The notes beneath the pieces are model-generated. The model was not told where the DNA came from. It saw only the letters and a program-made list of their open reading frames with translations, and searched no databases. This document shows positions 48,425 to 57,191 of a stretch of DNA of 64,000 nt, in pieces (position 1 is the first letter of the stretch; each line of letters begins with the position of its first letter). Source of the DNA: a virus; UHGV virus genome UHGV-0105148, one strand, 5' to 3'. The translations under genes and the position numbers were made by a program.

Positions 48425-48498
48425 TGGGCCTTACAGGGCTTGAACCTGTGACCTTTGGATTATGAGTCCACTGCTCTAACCAACTGAGCTAAAGGCCC
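48425..48498 (-). tRNA. tRNA with CAT anticodon, probably tRNA-Ile2 (lysidine type)
   Basis: GGGCCTT-TAGCTCAGTTGGTTAGAGC, GA-CT-CAT-AA-TC, GGTTCAAG; the body resembles Ile2 rather than Met tRNAs. Confidence 0.88.
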
Positions 48499-48725
48499 TT
48501 ATGGGGATTAGAAGAGTTCCCCTACTCTCCAGCCTAAATTGAAATATCCTGCAGTGATTCTCAAAATAGTTACTATCTCAATGGGCTCTTTTTGTCATCA
48601 AAAATAGGGTTATCCTGTTTCTCCATTAGATACTGAGACCGATATCTTATATGGATATTTAGTTGATCAATCTAAAAGTCTAACCCTATTACCAACCCGA
48701 ACAAGGTTGGATTTTAGAACCCATT
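48499..48725 (-). ncRNA. Candidate ~225-nt structured RNA leading the tRNA array
   Basis: Two nested 10-bp helices, several hairpins and a 3' H-type pseudoknot; no ORF. Confidence 0.45.
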
Positions 48726-49464
48726 ACAAGTCTTTTAGTGAAGTCTTTAGTTTTACCCAGTCCTTCTGATAGACATGTAATGAATCTATAGTATGGTATA
48801 AATAGCCTGGATTAACTCCAACCTGGATAGCTACATATTCCATGAGTTTCCAAGCTAAGAATACATCATTTCCAAAATGAACTATAAAATCTGATGATCG
48901 TTGGTGATAACAAATATTTAATTGTTTCTCCCCCTTTGCATTAGTCCTAATTAAAAAATCATAGTACATTGAGCAAGGGATTCTTCTAGAACCATCAAGG
49001 TAATTACTATCCTCCAGCCCATAGATTGGAATAATTGCTTTTCTGGTATCTGGATCATTAATTAACAAGTTAATAACCTCATCTAATGTATTCTCAGATA
49101 CTGTAGCTATTTTATTATTAATTCTTTCACTATAGGTATAATCAAATTCCCCATTAATATCCAAGAACTGTTCCCATATTTCTTTACGAAGTTTATAAGC
49201 TTCTCCGGGATTTACACTATCTTGTAATCTTTCTTGGAACTCAGCTTCTGCCCAGTCCTTGGATTTAGTATGGATGAATAGATTATCTTCATCTGGTAAC
49301 TTAGTTAAACAGTATTGTTCACAAATAAGTTCTTTAGTAATGAATTCATATAAACCTTCTATACTTTTATTTTGATAAGTCTTGGGTTTTACTTCTAAAC
49401 CCATTTCCCATAAATTTCTGCCAGTTTCTGACATCAATTCGTAAGCATCACTGTATATTCTCAT
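48724..49464 (-). CDS. Thymidylate synthase-fold enzyme, dCMP hydroxymethylase-like
   Basis: YTYSER, DPDTRKA, IPC, QRSSDFIVHFGND, SLHVY. Confidence 0.85.
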   Translation of the reverse strand: MRIYSDAYELMSETGRNLWEMGLEVKPKTYQNKSIEGLYEFITKELICEQYCLTKLPDEDNLFIHTKSKDWAEAEFQERLQDSVNPGEAYKLRKEIWEQFLDINGEFDYTYSERINNKIATVSENTLDEVINLLINDPDTRKAIIPIYGLEDSNYLDGSRRIPCSMYYDFLIRTNAKGEKQLNICYHQRSSDFIVHFGNDVFLAWKLMEYVAIQVGVNPGYLYHTIDSLHVYQKDWVKLKTSLKDL

Positions 49465-49633
49465 TTTTTAAAAATTTTGAAATGATTTTCTTAAGTTCCT
49501 TAAGTTCATCCAAAGACATCAAAGGAAAAGACATAGTTTGATTACCATTTGTGGTTACAGATACTTCATATATTAAAATATTACTATACCTGCAATCTAT
49601 ATCTACTTTAGCTTTAAACTTAGGCCGTTTCAT
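49448..49633 (-). CDS. Hypothetical protein
   Basis: 61-aa ORF. Confidence 0.5.
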   Translation of the reverse strand: MKRPKFKAKVDIDCRYSNILIYEVSVTTNGNQTMSFPLMSLDELKELKKIISKFLKNENIQ

Positions 49634-49683
49634 TTTTTTTTTGAGTTTGCAATATCAAATAGATTTTGATAGAACCTCTTTGT

Positions 49684-50421
49684 CTATAGCTTGCAATCTT
49701 CAGCTAAAGTTACTGGATATTTGAATATCTCTGGTCGCAATACTTTTAAAGCCCTCTTATGCACTTTGTATTTTATATCTTCTGGTTTACAATTCAAAAG
49801 ATATTTTAACCTATCCTTTAAATCTTTCTTGATATCTAATTCTAATACTGACTTATGTGCATGATACATAAGTAACACTGTATCATCATTAAACATCTGA
49901 TTAAAGTGTATGGTTAGAGTAAATTTGGTATTCTTATATACATATTCTCCTACCCTTTGAAATAATAAAAGATCACAGATTAACCTTTTAGTTATTTCAG
50001 AAGCTCTTAAGAAAATACATATATTTGGTTTAGTTTTCCCTGGTCTTCTAGAAAATACCATTGATAATAAGCAATTCTTACCATGACCATGTTTATTTTG
50101 GAATTGCAAAGCTAAAGCATACCCTCTAGAGTTTTTATTTTCCTCTACCTGGATTTCTATTGCAAGATTATTTAATTCTTCTCTAGAAATATAATTAGCC
50201 ACCAAAGATTTCCACTTTGAAATGGTATAATTGAAATGCCTACCAAAATCAAATTTCGGATCCAATTTTGGTTTCTTAATCCCAACTACATAATCATATA
50301 GATAAGTAGCTCTTCCCTTACAAACAAAATTCAGATTCTCATCTGCCATTAAGAAAGCTTCATTTATCTTTTCCCAAAAGCTTAGAGAATCTGAATACCA
50401 TTTTATATTATTCCTCCCCAT
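49684..50421 (-). CDS. Divergent thymidylate synthase-fold protein
   Basis: HGKNCLLSMVF...FLRASEITKRLICDL; paralog of 51291-52283. Confidence 0.65.
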   Translation of the reverse strand: MGRNNIKWYSDSLSFWEKINEAFLMADENLNFVCKGRATYLYDYVVGIKKPKLDPKFDFGRHFNYTISKWKSLVANYISREELNNLAIEIQVEENKNSRGYALALQFQNKHGHGKNCLLSMVFSRRPGKTKPNICIFLRASEITKRLICDLLLFQRVGEYVYKNTKFTLTIHFNQMFNDDTVLLMYHAHKSVLELDIKKDLKDRLKYLLNCKPEDIKYKVHKRALKVLRPEIFKYPVTLAEDCKL

Positions 50422-50647
50422 TGGAAAGGTGTTTTATTTCTCGTTTAATATACCAGATAGCTTTCTTTAAATCCTCTATTTGTTTTTCTTTTTTAGAAAT
50501 TCCATCTTCTGATTTAAGTCCAGCTCTCCAAAGATACTTGATAGCATTACCGATACAAAAATCATGGTGTTCAGCAATATCTATACACTCTATACCAGAT
50601 GGATGAGAATTGTAATGACTTGGGTGATTGATATTATCCTTTTTCAT
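50408..50647 (-). CDS. DUF3310 (T7 gp1.7-like nucleotide kinase family) protein
   Basis: INHPSHY, IECID, FCIGNAIKYLWRAG, EDLKKAIWY. Confidence 0.88.
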   Translation of the reverse strand: MKKDNINHPSHYNSHPSGIECIDIAEHHDFCIGNAIKYLWRAGLKSEDGISKKEKQIEDLKKAIWYIKREIKHLSNGEE

Positions 50648-50649
50648 AT

Positions 50650-51291
50650 TTATAAGTTTAAATCTACTATGTCATGAAATAGTGGGGTTAAACAAGTATC
50701 AAGCTCATATAATAAGGGTATCATCAAATCCCTCATTTGAGGGTGAGCTTTCTTTGAAGTACGTTGTTTGAAAATAGTTCTCCATTCCCTTATATTGGCA
50801 GTAACTACTATCTCAGTCTTCAATGAATTGGGTAATACTGATCTAGCATCTTGTGGAGTTAAGCCATCTTCCAATAACTCAAAATACATATCCTCTGAAT
50901 CTTCCATGGCTTTTTGCCAATGTTCCCAAGAAGGATTATCACTTCCATACCCATATAAGAAAGTTGGTAATATGAAAGTTAACTCATTACCAAATTTATC
51001 TTTTGAATAATTACAATACCTTGTACTTTCTTGAGAAAATGATGCTAACCTATGTCTTACTAACTCATGAGTTACTCCCCTATCAGTTACAAATCTTACT
51101 GAAAAAGATTGATGTTCTAGTACTGATTCATGTCCAGAAGCTATTAATCTTTCTATAAAAGGAGTTGCAGAAGTTTCTGTTATTTTATCCTCTGATTTAT
51201 AACAGGTTCTACCTGCTTGTTCTATAGCAAGTAAAATATCCTTTGGTTGTTTATGCCAAAGGATATTGTGATATTGTTGTTCTATTTTCAT
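50650..51291 (-). CDS. thyX: Flavin-dependent thymidylate synthase
   Basis: GHESVLEH, THELVRHRLASFSQESTRY, ARSVLP, AHPQMR. Confidence 0.95.
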   Translation of the reverse strand: MKIEQQYHNILWHKQPKDILLAIEQAGRTCYKSEDKITETSATPFIERLIASGHESVLEHQSFSVRFVTDRGVTHELVRHRLASFSQESTRYCNYSKDKFGNELTFILPTFLYGYGSDNPSWEHWQKAMEDSEDMYFELLEDGLTPQDARSVLPNSLKTEIVVTANIREWRTIFKQRTSKKAHPQMRDLMIPLLYELDTCLTPLFHDIVDLNL

Positions 51292-52283
51292 TATTCCTCT
51301 TCTTCGTTATCTTCCTCTTCTACTATTGGTGACTCAGTGATTGACCCATCAGATTCTTGGAACTTGATTAGTTTCTTTTTCTTATCTGGTTCCATAAACA
51401 TCTTTAGATCATACTTCTTTATGAATTTAAGGTAAGCAGCTTTTATCTGATTTCTTACTAAGATAGATGGACATTTTTCTGGGAGTGGTATACCATCCCA
51501 ATCCCCTATGATACAATCTTTAGCTAAGAGTGATTTAGCTTCTTTACCATATTTTTCTGGGTTAAAGATTTTGTATACTCTCATATAAGCTTGATACTTG
51601 GGATCATCTCCAGAACTAGCTGCCTTCTTAACCCTTCTTAAAGCTTTCTTTAACCTCTTTTTTCTATCTTCATTTTCAATCTTATCAATAAGTTCTGAAA
51701 TATCTTCATACCCATTGAAAAGCATTAAACTAGTGTCATCAGCAAAGGCAGAACGTATTAATAGTTCAACTGTAAATTCAGTGTGACCATATACATATTC
51801 TCCCATTCTTATGGATAGGAGTAAATCCCAGGGCAATCTTGTTACAACATCAGAAGCTCTCATAATGATAGTTAACCTTGGTTTATCAATACCTATCATC
51901 CTTGAGAACATACCAGACATTAAACACCCCTTACCATTACCATGTGAATCAGCAAAATTAAATCCAATATGGTAATTCCTATTGATAGCTTTATTCTTTT
52001 CAAATTCCCTGATCTGTAGTTTTAGTTGATCAAGGGAATCCAAATCAAGATAATTATTAAGAAGCCCACTCCATTTACTTTGAGTATACCCGAGTATCTT
52101 CCCGAAATCAAATTCTGGGTCAAAACTAGCTTCTTCTATCAATATGGTTAAACCATACGTGTAAAGGGAATTTGTAATAGATGCCCCCTGTTCACCTTCA
52201 AATAAACCTGGTTCTTGGTTAATAAACATTTTGTTTACTCCAGCCCAGGCTTGTTCTCCAGTTTTAAATACAAAACTTTTCAT
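51291..52283 (-). CDS. Divergent thymidylate synthase-fold protein
   Basis: HGNGKGCLMSGMF...IMRASDVVTRLPWDL. Confidence 0.65.
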   Translation of the reverse strand: MKSFVFKTGEQAWAGVNKMFINQEPGLFEGEQGASITNSLYTYGLTILIEEASFDPEFDFGKILGYTQSKWSGLLNNYLDLDSLDQLKLQIREFEKNKAINRNYHIGFNFADSHGNGKGCLMSGMFSRMIGIDKPRLTIIMRASDVVTRLPWDLLLSIRMGEYVYGHTEFTVELLIRSAFADDTSLMLFNGYEDISELIDKIENEDRKKRLKKALRRVKKAASSGDDPKYQAYMRVYKIFNPEKYGKEAKSLLAKDCIIGDWDGIPLPEKCPSILVRNQIKAAYLKFIKKYDLKMFMEPDKKKKLIKFQESDGSITESPIVEEEDNEEEE

Positions 52284-52285
52284 AA

Positions 52286-53191
52286 TTAATATTTTGATTC
52301 AATCCTAAATTTATTAACCCTATTTTTCTTAAAATAGAGAAAATATAAAATTTCAGGACTGATTCCCATTGCTATGAATAAACCCATCATTAAGATAAAA
52401 GCTTTTACTATCTCTTCCTGATAAGCTCCTTCATTGGTCATCATTTGAGATTGCTTCCATGGTTTATTCTTTAAGAAATTTCTAGCAATATTTAAATGGT
52501 AAGTTACATCCCACATCATATATTTGTATGATGAATAGGTTAGTTGGTTGTAGAACTTACCACACTGATAAAACCTTGTATCAACTGTATGGATACCTGG
52601 TTTATTTTCATTATCAGCTCCCATGTTTTCAAACTCTTCCAAAAGATATGTTTTATTCATAGCTTTTGTTTCATTAACTAGATTACATGGATCATCATAC
52701 AGAATAGATAAACCAACCTGCATAGCTTTTGCTAAAGTTGGTAAAGTTTTGGTTATACCAAATGAAGTCTTATCTTTTAACCAATTGTCCAGATATGATT
52801 CAATATCTTGTGCTTGAATATTGGAATAGATAAGTAATTCCAACATAAAATGCATGGCATCTGCCATTTCTTCACCTGCATTCTGGAGATGATTTAGACA
52901 CTGGATATAATCCTCTTCATCATATTCTGATTTCCAAAGCTTATTCTTTTCAGTTAATTTACTAACTAAAATTAAAGCTTCGTATCCTTCTGCAAGTTCC
53001 TCTATTACCCGTCCCACAAAATCCTTAAGAATAATCTGAGACTTCTTAGTATTCACATCTATTGGGTATGGAGGTAAACCCTCTACCTTAATATAAGGTT
53101 CCAAAAGTTCTTTTTGGAGTGAATACATACATTCTAAATACTTCCCACCAACCACTTTGATTGGTTCTTCAATAATATCTCTTGAATCCAT
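52286..53191 (-). CDS. All-alpha NTP pyrophosphatase (dimeric dUTPase / T4 gp56 dCTPase-like)
   Basis: IEELAE, EEMADAMHF, KNKPWK, YFKKNRVNKFRIESKY. Confidence 0.8.
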   Translation of the reverse strand: MDSRDIIEEPIKVVGGKYLECMYSLQKELLEPYIKVEGLPPYPIDVNTKKSQIILKDFVGRVIEELAEGYEALILVSKLTEKNKLWKSEYDEEDYIQCLNHLQNAGEEMADAMHFMLELLIYSNIQAQDIESYLDNWLKDKTSFGITKTLPTLAKAMQVGLSILYDDPCNLVNETKAMNKTYLLEEFENMGADNENKPGIHTVDTRFYQCGKFYNQLTYSSYKYMMWDVTYHLNIARNFLKNKPWKQSQMMTNEGAYQEEIVKAFILMMGLFIAMGISPEILYFLYFKKNRVNKFRIESKY

Positions 53192-53196
53192 TTTGG

Positions 53197-53754
53197 TTAT
53201 TTTTTATCAGTTGAGCCAAATCCATTTTCTCCCCTGTCAATTGTATTAGACTCAAGGATATCATTGTAGCTATCATTAGTAACTTCTTCCATACTTGAAA
53301 GAATTATAGGAATATGTAAGAATTGGATTATCTTATCATTACTTTGAAGAGTTACCATCCTACTACTGTTATTTTGTAAACCAATATGTATTTCTCCAGT
53401 ATAATCTGCATCAACTACTTGTGCAGTAAATGTTAGTCCTTTTTTTGTTGCTATTCCTGATTTATTTGCTGCAACTAGAGCTGATTGTTTGTTTTCTATC
53501 CAAACCTTTATTCCAGAGGGGATGAGTATTCTTTGACCTGGTTTTAAGAATACTTGACCCAATTTTGCAATATAGGTATTGAAATCAGGGTTCTTTGTCT
53601 TAATATCATTAATCAGTCTTTCATCTATCACTGGTATATAAAAATCTATACCAGCATCATGTTTATTAGCTCTAGTAGGAGATTTTACATCCCTTACTTT
53701 AGTAAAGATTACTTTTTGTAAATCTTTCTCTACTCTGGTTTGTTTTTTACTCAT
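53197..53754 (-). CDS. dut: Trimeric dUTPase
   Basis: DAGIDF, KSG, VVDADYTGEI, IIQ, RGENGFGST. Confidence 0.92.
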   Translation of the reverse strand: MSKKQTRVEKDLQKVIFTKVRDVKSPTRANKHDAGIDFYIPVIDERLINDIKTKNPDFNTYIAKLGQVFLKPGQRILIPSGIKVWIENKQSALVAANKSGIATKKGLTFTAQVVDADYTGEIHIGLQNNSSRMVTLQSNDKIIQFLHIPIILSSMEEVTNDSYNDILESNTIDRGENGFGSTDKK

Positions 53755-53764
53755 AGTATTTAGT

Positions 53765-54343
53765 TTAGATAAATGCCCAAGCTTCCATTACTGAACCCTC
53801 TACTTCTTCAAAAGGTAAAGTAGTAATACCATTGTTTGCCCATTGAACACCCCAAGAATTTTTGATAATAAATCCTTTACTACCATATCCTATAAGAGGT
53901 ACTGCATGATATCCAAGTAACCTATCACCTAACCAAAAACTGGGTCCATAGTTATAAACTGGCATACCAATTATAACCCCAAACATAGATACAATAGCTT
54001 TCTGTATATCATTACTGGTACCTACTCTAAAATATTCATGTACTTTGTATGATCTATCATTCTTAGTGAATCCATGTTCTTTAGCTAAACTAAAGAGTTC
54101 ACTAAGCATCATACCATCTTTTGTAGATCTCAATTCATAGAGTTCATCCTTATTAAAACTTCCTTTGACATTATAAGCTCTTTCCATTAAATCAGCTAAA
54201 GCATATACTGCACACATTGAAGAACTTCCTTGGTCATATATATTACCCATTGGGATTAAATATGATTCTGGGAGTTCTACTGCTTTAGTTATTGTTTGGG
54301 ATTTTATTCCTTTACTTAGAATTAAGTCTAATTGTCTTTCCAT
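53765..54343 (-). CDS. Papain-like (C1) cysteine peptidase
   Basis: DQGSSSMC, HAV, IKNSWG catalytic motifs. Confidence 0.88.
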   Translation of the reverse strand: MERQLDLILSKGIKSQTITKAVELPESYLIPMGNIYDQGSSSMCAVYALADLMERAYNVKGSFNKDELYELRSTKDGMMLSELFSLAKEHGFTKNDRSYKVHEYFRVGTSNDIQKAIVSMFGVIIGMPVYNYGPSFWLGDRLLGYHAVPLIGYGSKGFIIKNSWGVQWANNGITTLPFEEVEGSVMEAWAFI

Positions 54344-54669
54344 TATCTGAGTTTTCTATACATTAGTATGTTAATCGAGTCTAGTTCATTTACTGTGAAT
54401 TGGTGTTTGATTTTACCATTTTCATTCCTGATAAACCAAGTTTTAGTCATGTAAAATGGTTGTACCCATAGAGTATCCCATACTGGTGGAAATGGTGGAT
54501 CAAACTTAACCATTACCTTCATGGCTGAATCAATAGATTGTTGTTTGGTTAATACCACTGAAGTGTAGTTTATTGAACTACATCCAACTTGAAATATAGC
54601 TACTAAACTTATCAGAGTTAGGAAGACTAACATTACTAGTGAAGTAGCCAGGAAAGTTTTCTGTTTCAT
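54343..54669 (-). CDS. Membrane/lipoprotein
   Basis: Long hydrophobic N-terminus ending VGC, then a Pro-rich segment. Confidence 0.6.
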   Translation of the reverse strand: MKQKTFLATSLVMLVFLTLISLVAIFQVGCSSINYTSVVLTKQQSIDSAMKVMVKFDPPFPPVWDTLWVQPFYMTKTWFIRNENGKIKHQFTVNELDSINILMYRKLR

Positions 54670-55061
54670 TTTGTTTTGTTTGAAAATTCCTTATACAGTA
54701 ATCTAGCTTGTTCTCTTGAAATTGAATACTTAGCTTGGAGTTTATCAAGGATAGTTTTCTTATCATCTCCTTTCCTCTTGAGTGCTCTGAAAGTTTTCTT
54801 TGCAGCTACCTTATCAACAAATTCCTCGATATCCTTGTAATGATTTTCCTCTTCCAATTCCTTTCTGGTTTTACCCATCAAAGCTGCAAATTTGATGCAA
54901 CATAATTCTGAATCACCACAACTTCTGCATTCCTCTGTTGATAGATCATATTCCTTTCCAAAGCAAGGATCATCACTATCTCCAATTGAGTTGATATCAA
55001 TAGCTTTGAGAATTGGTGTATCTTCAAGTTTGATTAACTTCTGTTTCTTTTGTTTTGCCAT
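54666..55061 (-). CDS. Cys-rich zinc-binding protein
   Basis: PCFG...ECRSCGDSELCC plus helical C-terminus. Confidence 0.7.
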   Translation of the reverse strand: MAKQKKQKLIKLEDTPILKAIDINSIGDSDDPCFGKEYDLSTEECRSCGDSELCCIKFAALMGKTRKELEEENHYKDIEEFVDKVAAKKTFRALKRKGDDKKTILDKLQAKYSISREQARLLYKEFSNKTK

Positions 55062-55130
55062 GAATTGAGAATTTTACTGTTTGATGATCAATATGTTTTT
55101 GTTTTCGATTAAGGCAATCATAACTCTAAC

Positions 55131-55310
55131 GAAGTGTATTACGCGTATACGTACGCATTTGAGATTTTACTTTAGTAAAATCGATATTTTTCCGAAGGAA
55201 AAAATGTTTATCCATGTATGGATAGGTAAGTATATAAGCTATTAGCTTAATCTTTTTATCAGGGCTAATAGTTATAGGCTAATAGCTAATAGCCTCTTTG
55301 ATTCCCTTAA
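55131..55310. repeat. Palindrome-rich intergenic element B (inverted counterpart of element A)
   Basis: TTACGCGTATACGT at 55139-55152, four short hairpins at 55163-55249, repeated GCTAATAG. Confidence 0.75.
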
Positions 55311-55311
55311 T

Positions 55312-56814
55312 TTATTTAGCTTTTCCTAGAGTTTTGTTATGACGTTTATTTTTAGGGAGTTGCTTGCCTGTGGGATGCCCTATGGAAATGACTTTTAAAT
55401 TCTCTTTTTTATAATAATTTTTCCTATGGTTCCCATGCCTTAATAAATATATTCCTGGAAAAATTAAATCATCCAAGTAAGCCTTTTTCTTAGAATTATG
55501 TTGCCTTACTAAACGACCTAAAATTTGTATTGTTTTTTCATTAGAATCCATAGAAGCAGTATTCTGAATATATTGTAGGGTTGGAATATTCTTACCTCTG
55601 GATATAATTGTAGTTGATATAAGGATATCAATTTTCCCTTCCCTTATATCATTTAATAATTTATCTCTGTCTGGAGTTTTATGATGAACATGAGCTATTC
55701 TATAACCTAATCCAAGTTTTTGATTCATCTTTTGATAATATTCATATAACTTTTCACAATGATCAATAAACTTGGTTACAATGAGCATTGGGAATCTACC
55801 ATAACTGGCATTATATTGCATTCTAGAGAAACTTTTTTCATAAGCAGCAATATTATATGTTATGTTTTTATCATATTCTTCTTGATAATCATCTGCTGAT
55901 ATTGCTTTACCTGATACATAAACCATCTTCACTACTACTGGAGTAGCTTTACCTGATTTAATTTGGTCGACCAATTTAATGGAATCTATAGCATCACCTA
56001 TAAAAGATCTTATGTTCATATTGTGAACTAAGTTTTTTTTCAACTTACTCATATACAGGGTTCCACTAAGACCAATTCTAACCTGAGTATTATATAAATG
56101 TTCTATAACATTCTTATAGGTTTTATTATCAATAATATCAGCTTCATCAATAAGAACTATACCTATTTTAGTTAATTCATATTGATATTTCCTTATATTC
56201 TGGGAAACTGATTGGACCATTGCCACATTGAAATTACCCCATCTATTAACTTTTCCACCCTGAACAAAGACTATATCTTCACCTGGTAACAACGGTGGGA
56301 TTTCTCTCTTAAACTGTTTAAAGAGATCTGAATCATTTAACAAAAGAATAGTGGGGATTTTTCTTTGAAAAGCTTGATGGATAGCACAGAATAATAAAGA
56401 TTTACCAAAACCAACAGAATAATCCCCAGCACATATATAGAAAGGAGTTTTACCAACTTTATTGTTTAAAAGGGTTTCTAGAGCTTTTTTCTGCCTGGGA
56501 TATAAATTCTTATCCACTAATATACTAGGAATTACTGGAGTAATATTTAAAGGGGGCCTACGGTCAATTATTTTTATATCTTCCCCCCATGATTTTAATT
56601 TATTATATACCATGGGTAAAAGCCCAATTCTAAAACTACCATTATCACTCACATATTTAATGTATCCATCCCATCTAACTTTACCTTTTTGATACATTAA
56701 TATATGCCAAGCATTAGGATGCTTTATCCTAAATTCCTTGTAAAGTTTATGTAATACCTTTAGTGGTCCTTTAGCTTCACAGATATTACTGTTTTTAATT
56801 ATTAGTTCTACCAT
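55312..56814 (-). CDS. Superfamily 2 DNA helicase (UvsW-like)
   Basis: LYPRQ, GFGKS, LIDEAD, GLSGT, RGKNIP, QILGRLVR; likely ATG at 56814. Confidence 0.9.
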   Translation of the reverse strand: MVELIIKNSNICEAKGPLKVLHKLYKEFRIKHPNAWHILMYQKGKVRWDGYIKYVSDNGSFRIGLLPMVYNKLKSWGEDIKIIDRRPPLNITPVIPSILVDKNLYPRQKKALETLLNNKVGKTPFYICAGDYSVGFGKSLLFCAIHQAFQRKIPTILLLNDSDLFKQFKREIPPLLPGEDIVFVQGGKVNRWGNFNVAMVQSVSQNIRKYQYELTKIGIVLIDEADIIDNKTYKNVIEHLYNTQVRIGLSGTLYMSKLKKNLVHNMNIRSFIGDAIDSIKLVDQIKSGKATPVVVKMVYVSGKAISADDYQEEYDKNITYNIAAYEKSFSRMQYNASYGRFPMLIVTKFIDHCEKLYEYYQKMNQKLGLGYRIAHVHHKTPDRDKLLNDIREGKIDILISTTIISRGKNIPTLQYIQNTASMDSNEKTIQILGRLVRQHNSKKKAYLDDLIFPGIYLLRHGNHRKNYYKKENLKVISIGHPTGKQLPKNKRHNKTLGKAK

Positions 56815-56953
56815 AATTGACAAAGGGTATTTGATCTGGTTCTATATTCTTCACATACTTAGCATAATCAATAAATTCATTCATAAGGTCATTGTCCATT
56901 AGGAACTCTTCCACTAACTCAACAAAATCTTCTTTTCTTAACTTGTGTTGCAT
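56795..56953 (-). CDS. Small protein (52 aa, not in the ORF track)
   Basis: MQHKLRKEDFVELVEEFL...; fills the gap exactly. Confidence 0.55.
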   Translation of the reverse strand: MQHKLRKEDFVELVEEFLMDNDLMNEFIDYAKYVKNIEPDQIPFVNYGRTNN

Positions 56954-56961
56954 AATCATAA

Positions 56962-57189
56962 TTATTTTTCAGATAACCATTTACCACCAATAAAATCATA
57001 CTTAGGAGATAGTGATTCTGCCTGAGATTCTGATAATAGATTGATTTTTAAACAATGATTACAAATTACATATCTATATATCATCATTGAATCAGATATC
57101 CCAACCATACCATACTTAGTATCATCAAGAAATACCTTTTCTAAGTCTATTTCTTGATTACATTTTTCACAGATAAGTTTACAACTCAT
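56962..57189 (-). CDS. Small zinc-ribbon protein
   Basis: CEKC...CNHC. Confidence 0.65.
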   Translation of the reverse strand: MSCKLICEKCNQEIDLEKVFLDDTKYGMVGISDSMMIYRYVICNHCLKINLLSESQAESLSPKYDFIGGKWLSEK

Positions 57190-57191
57190 AA

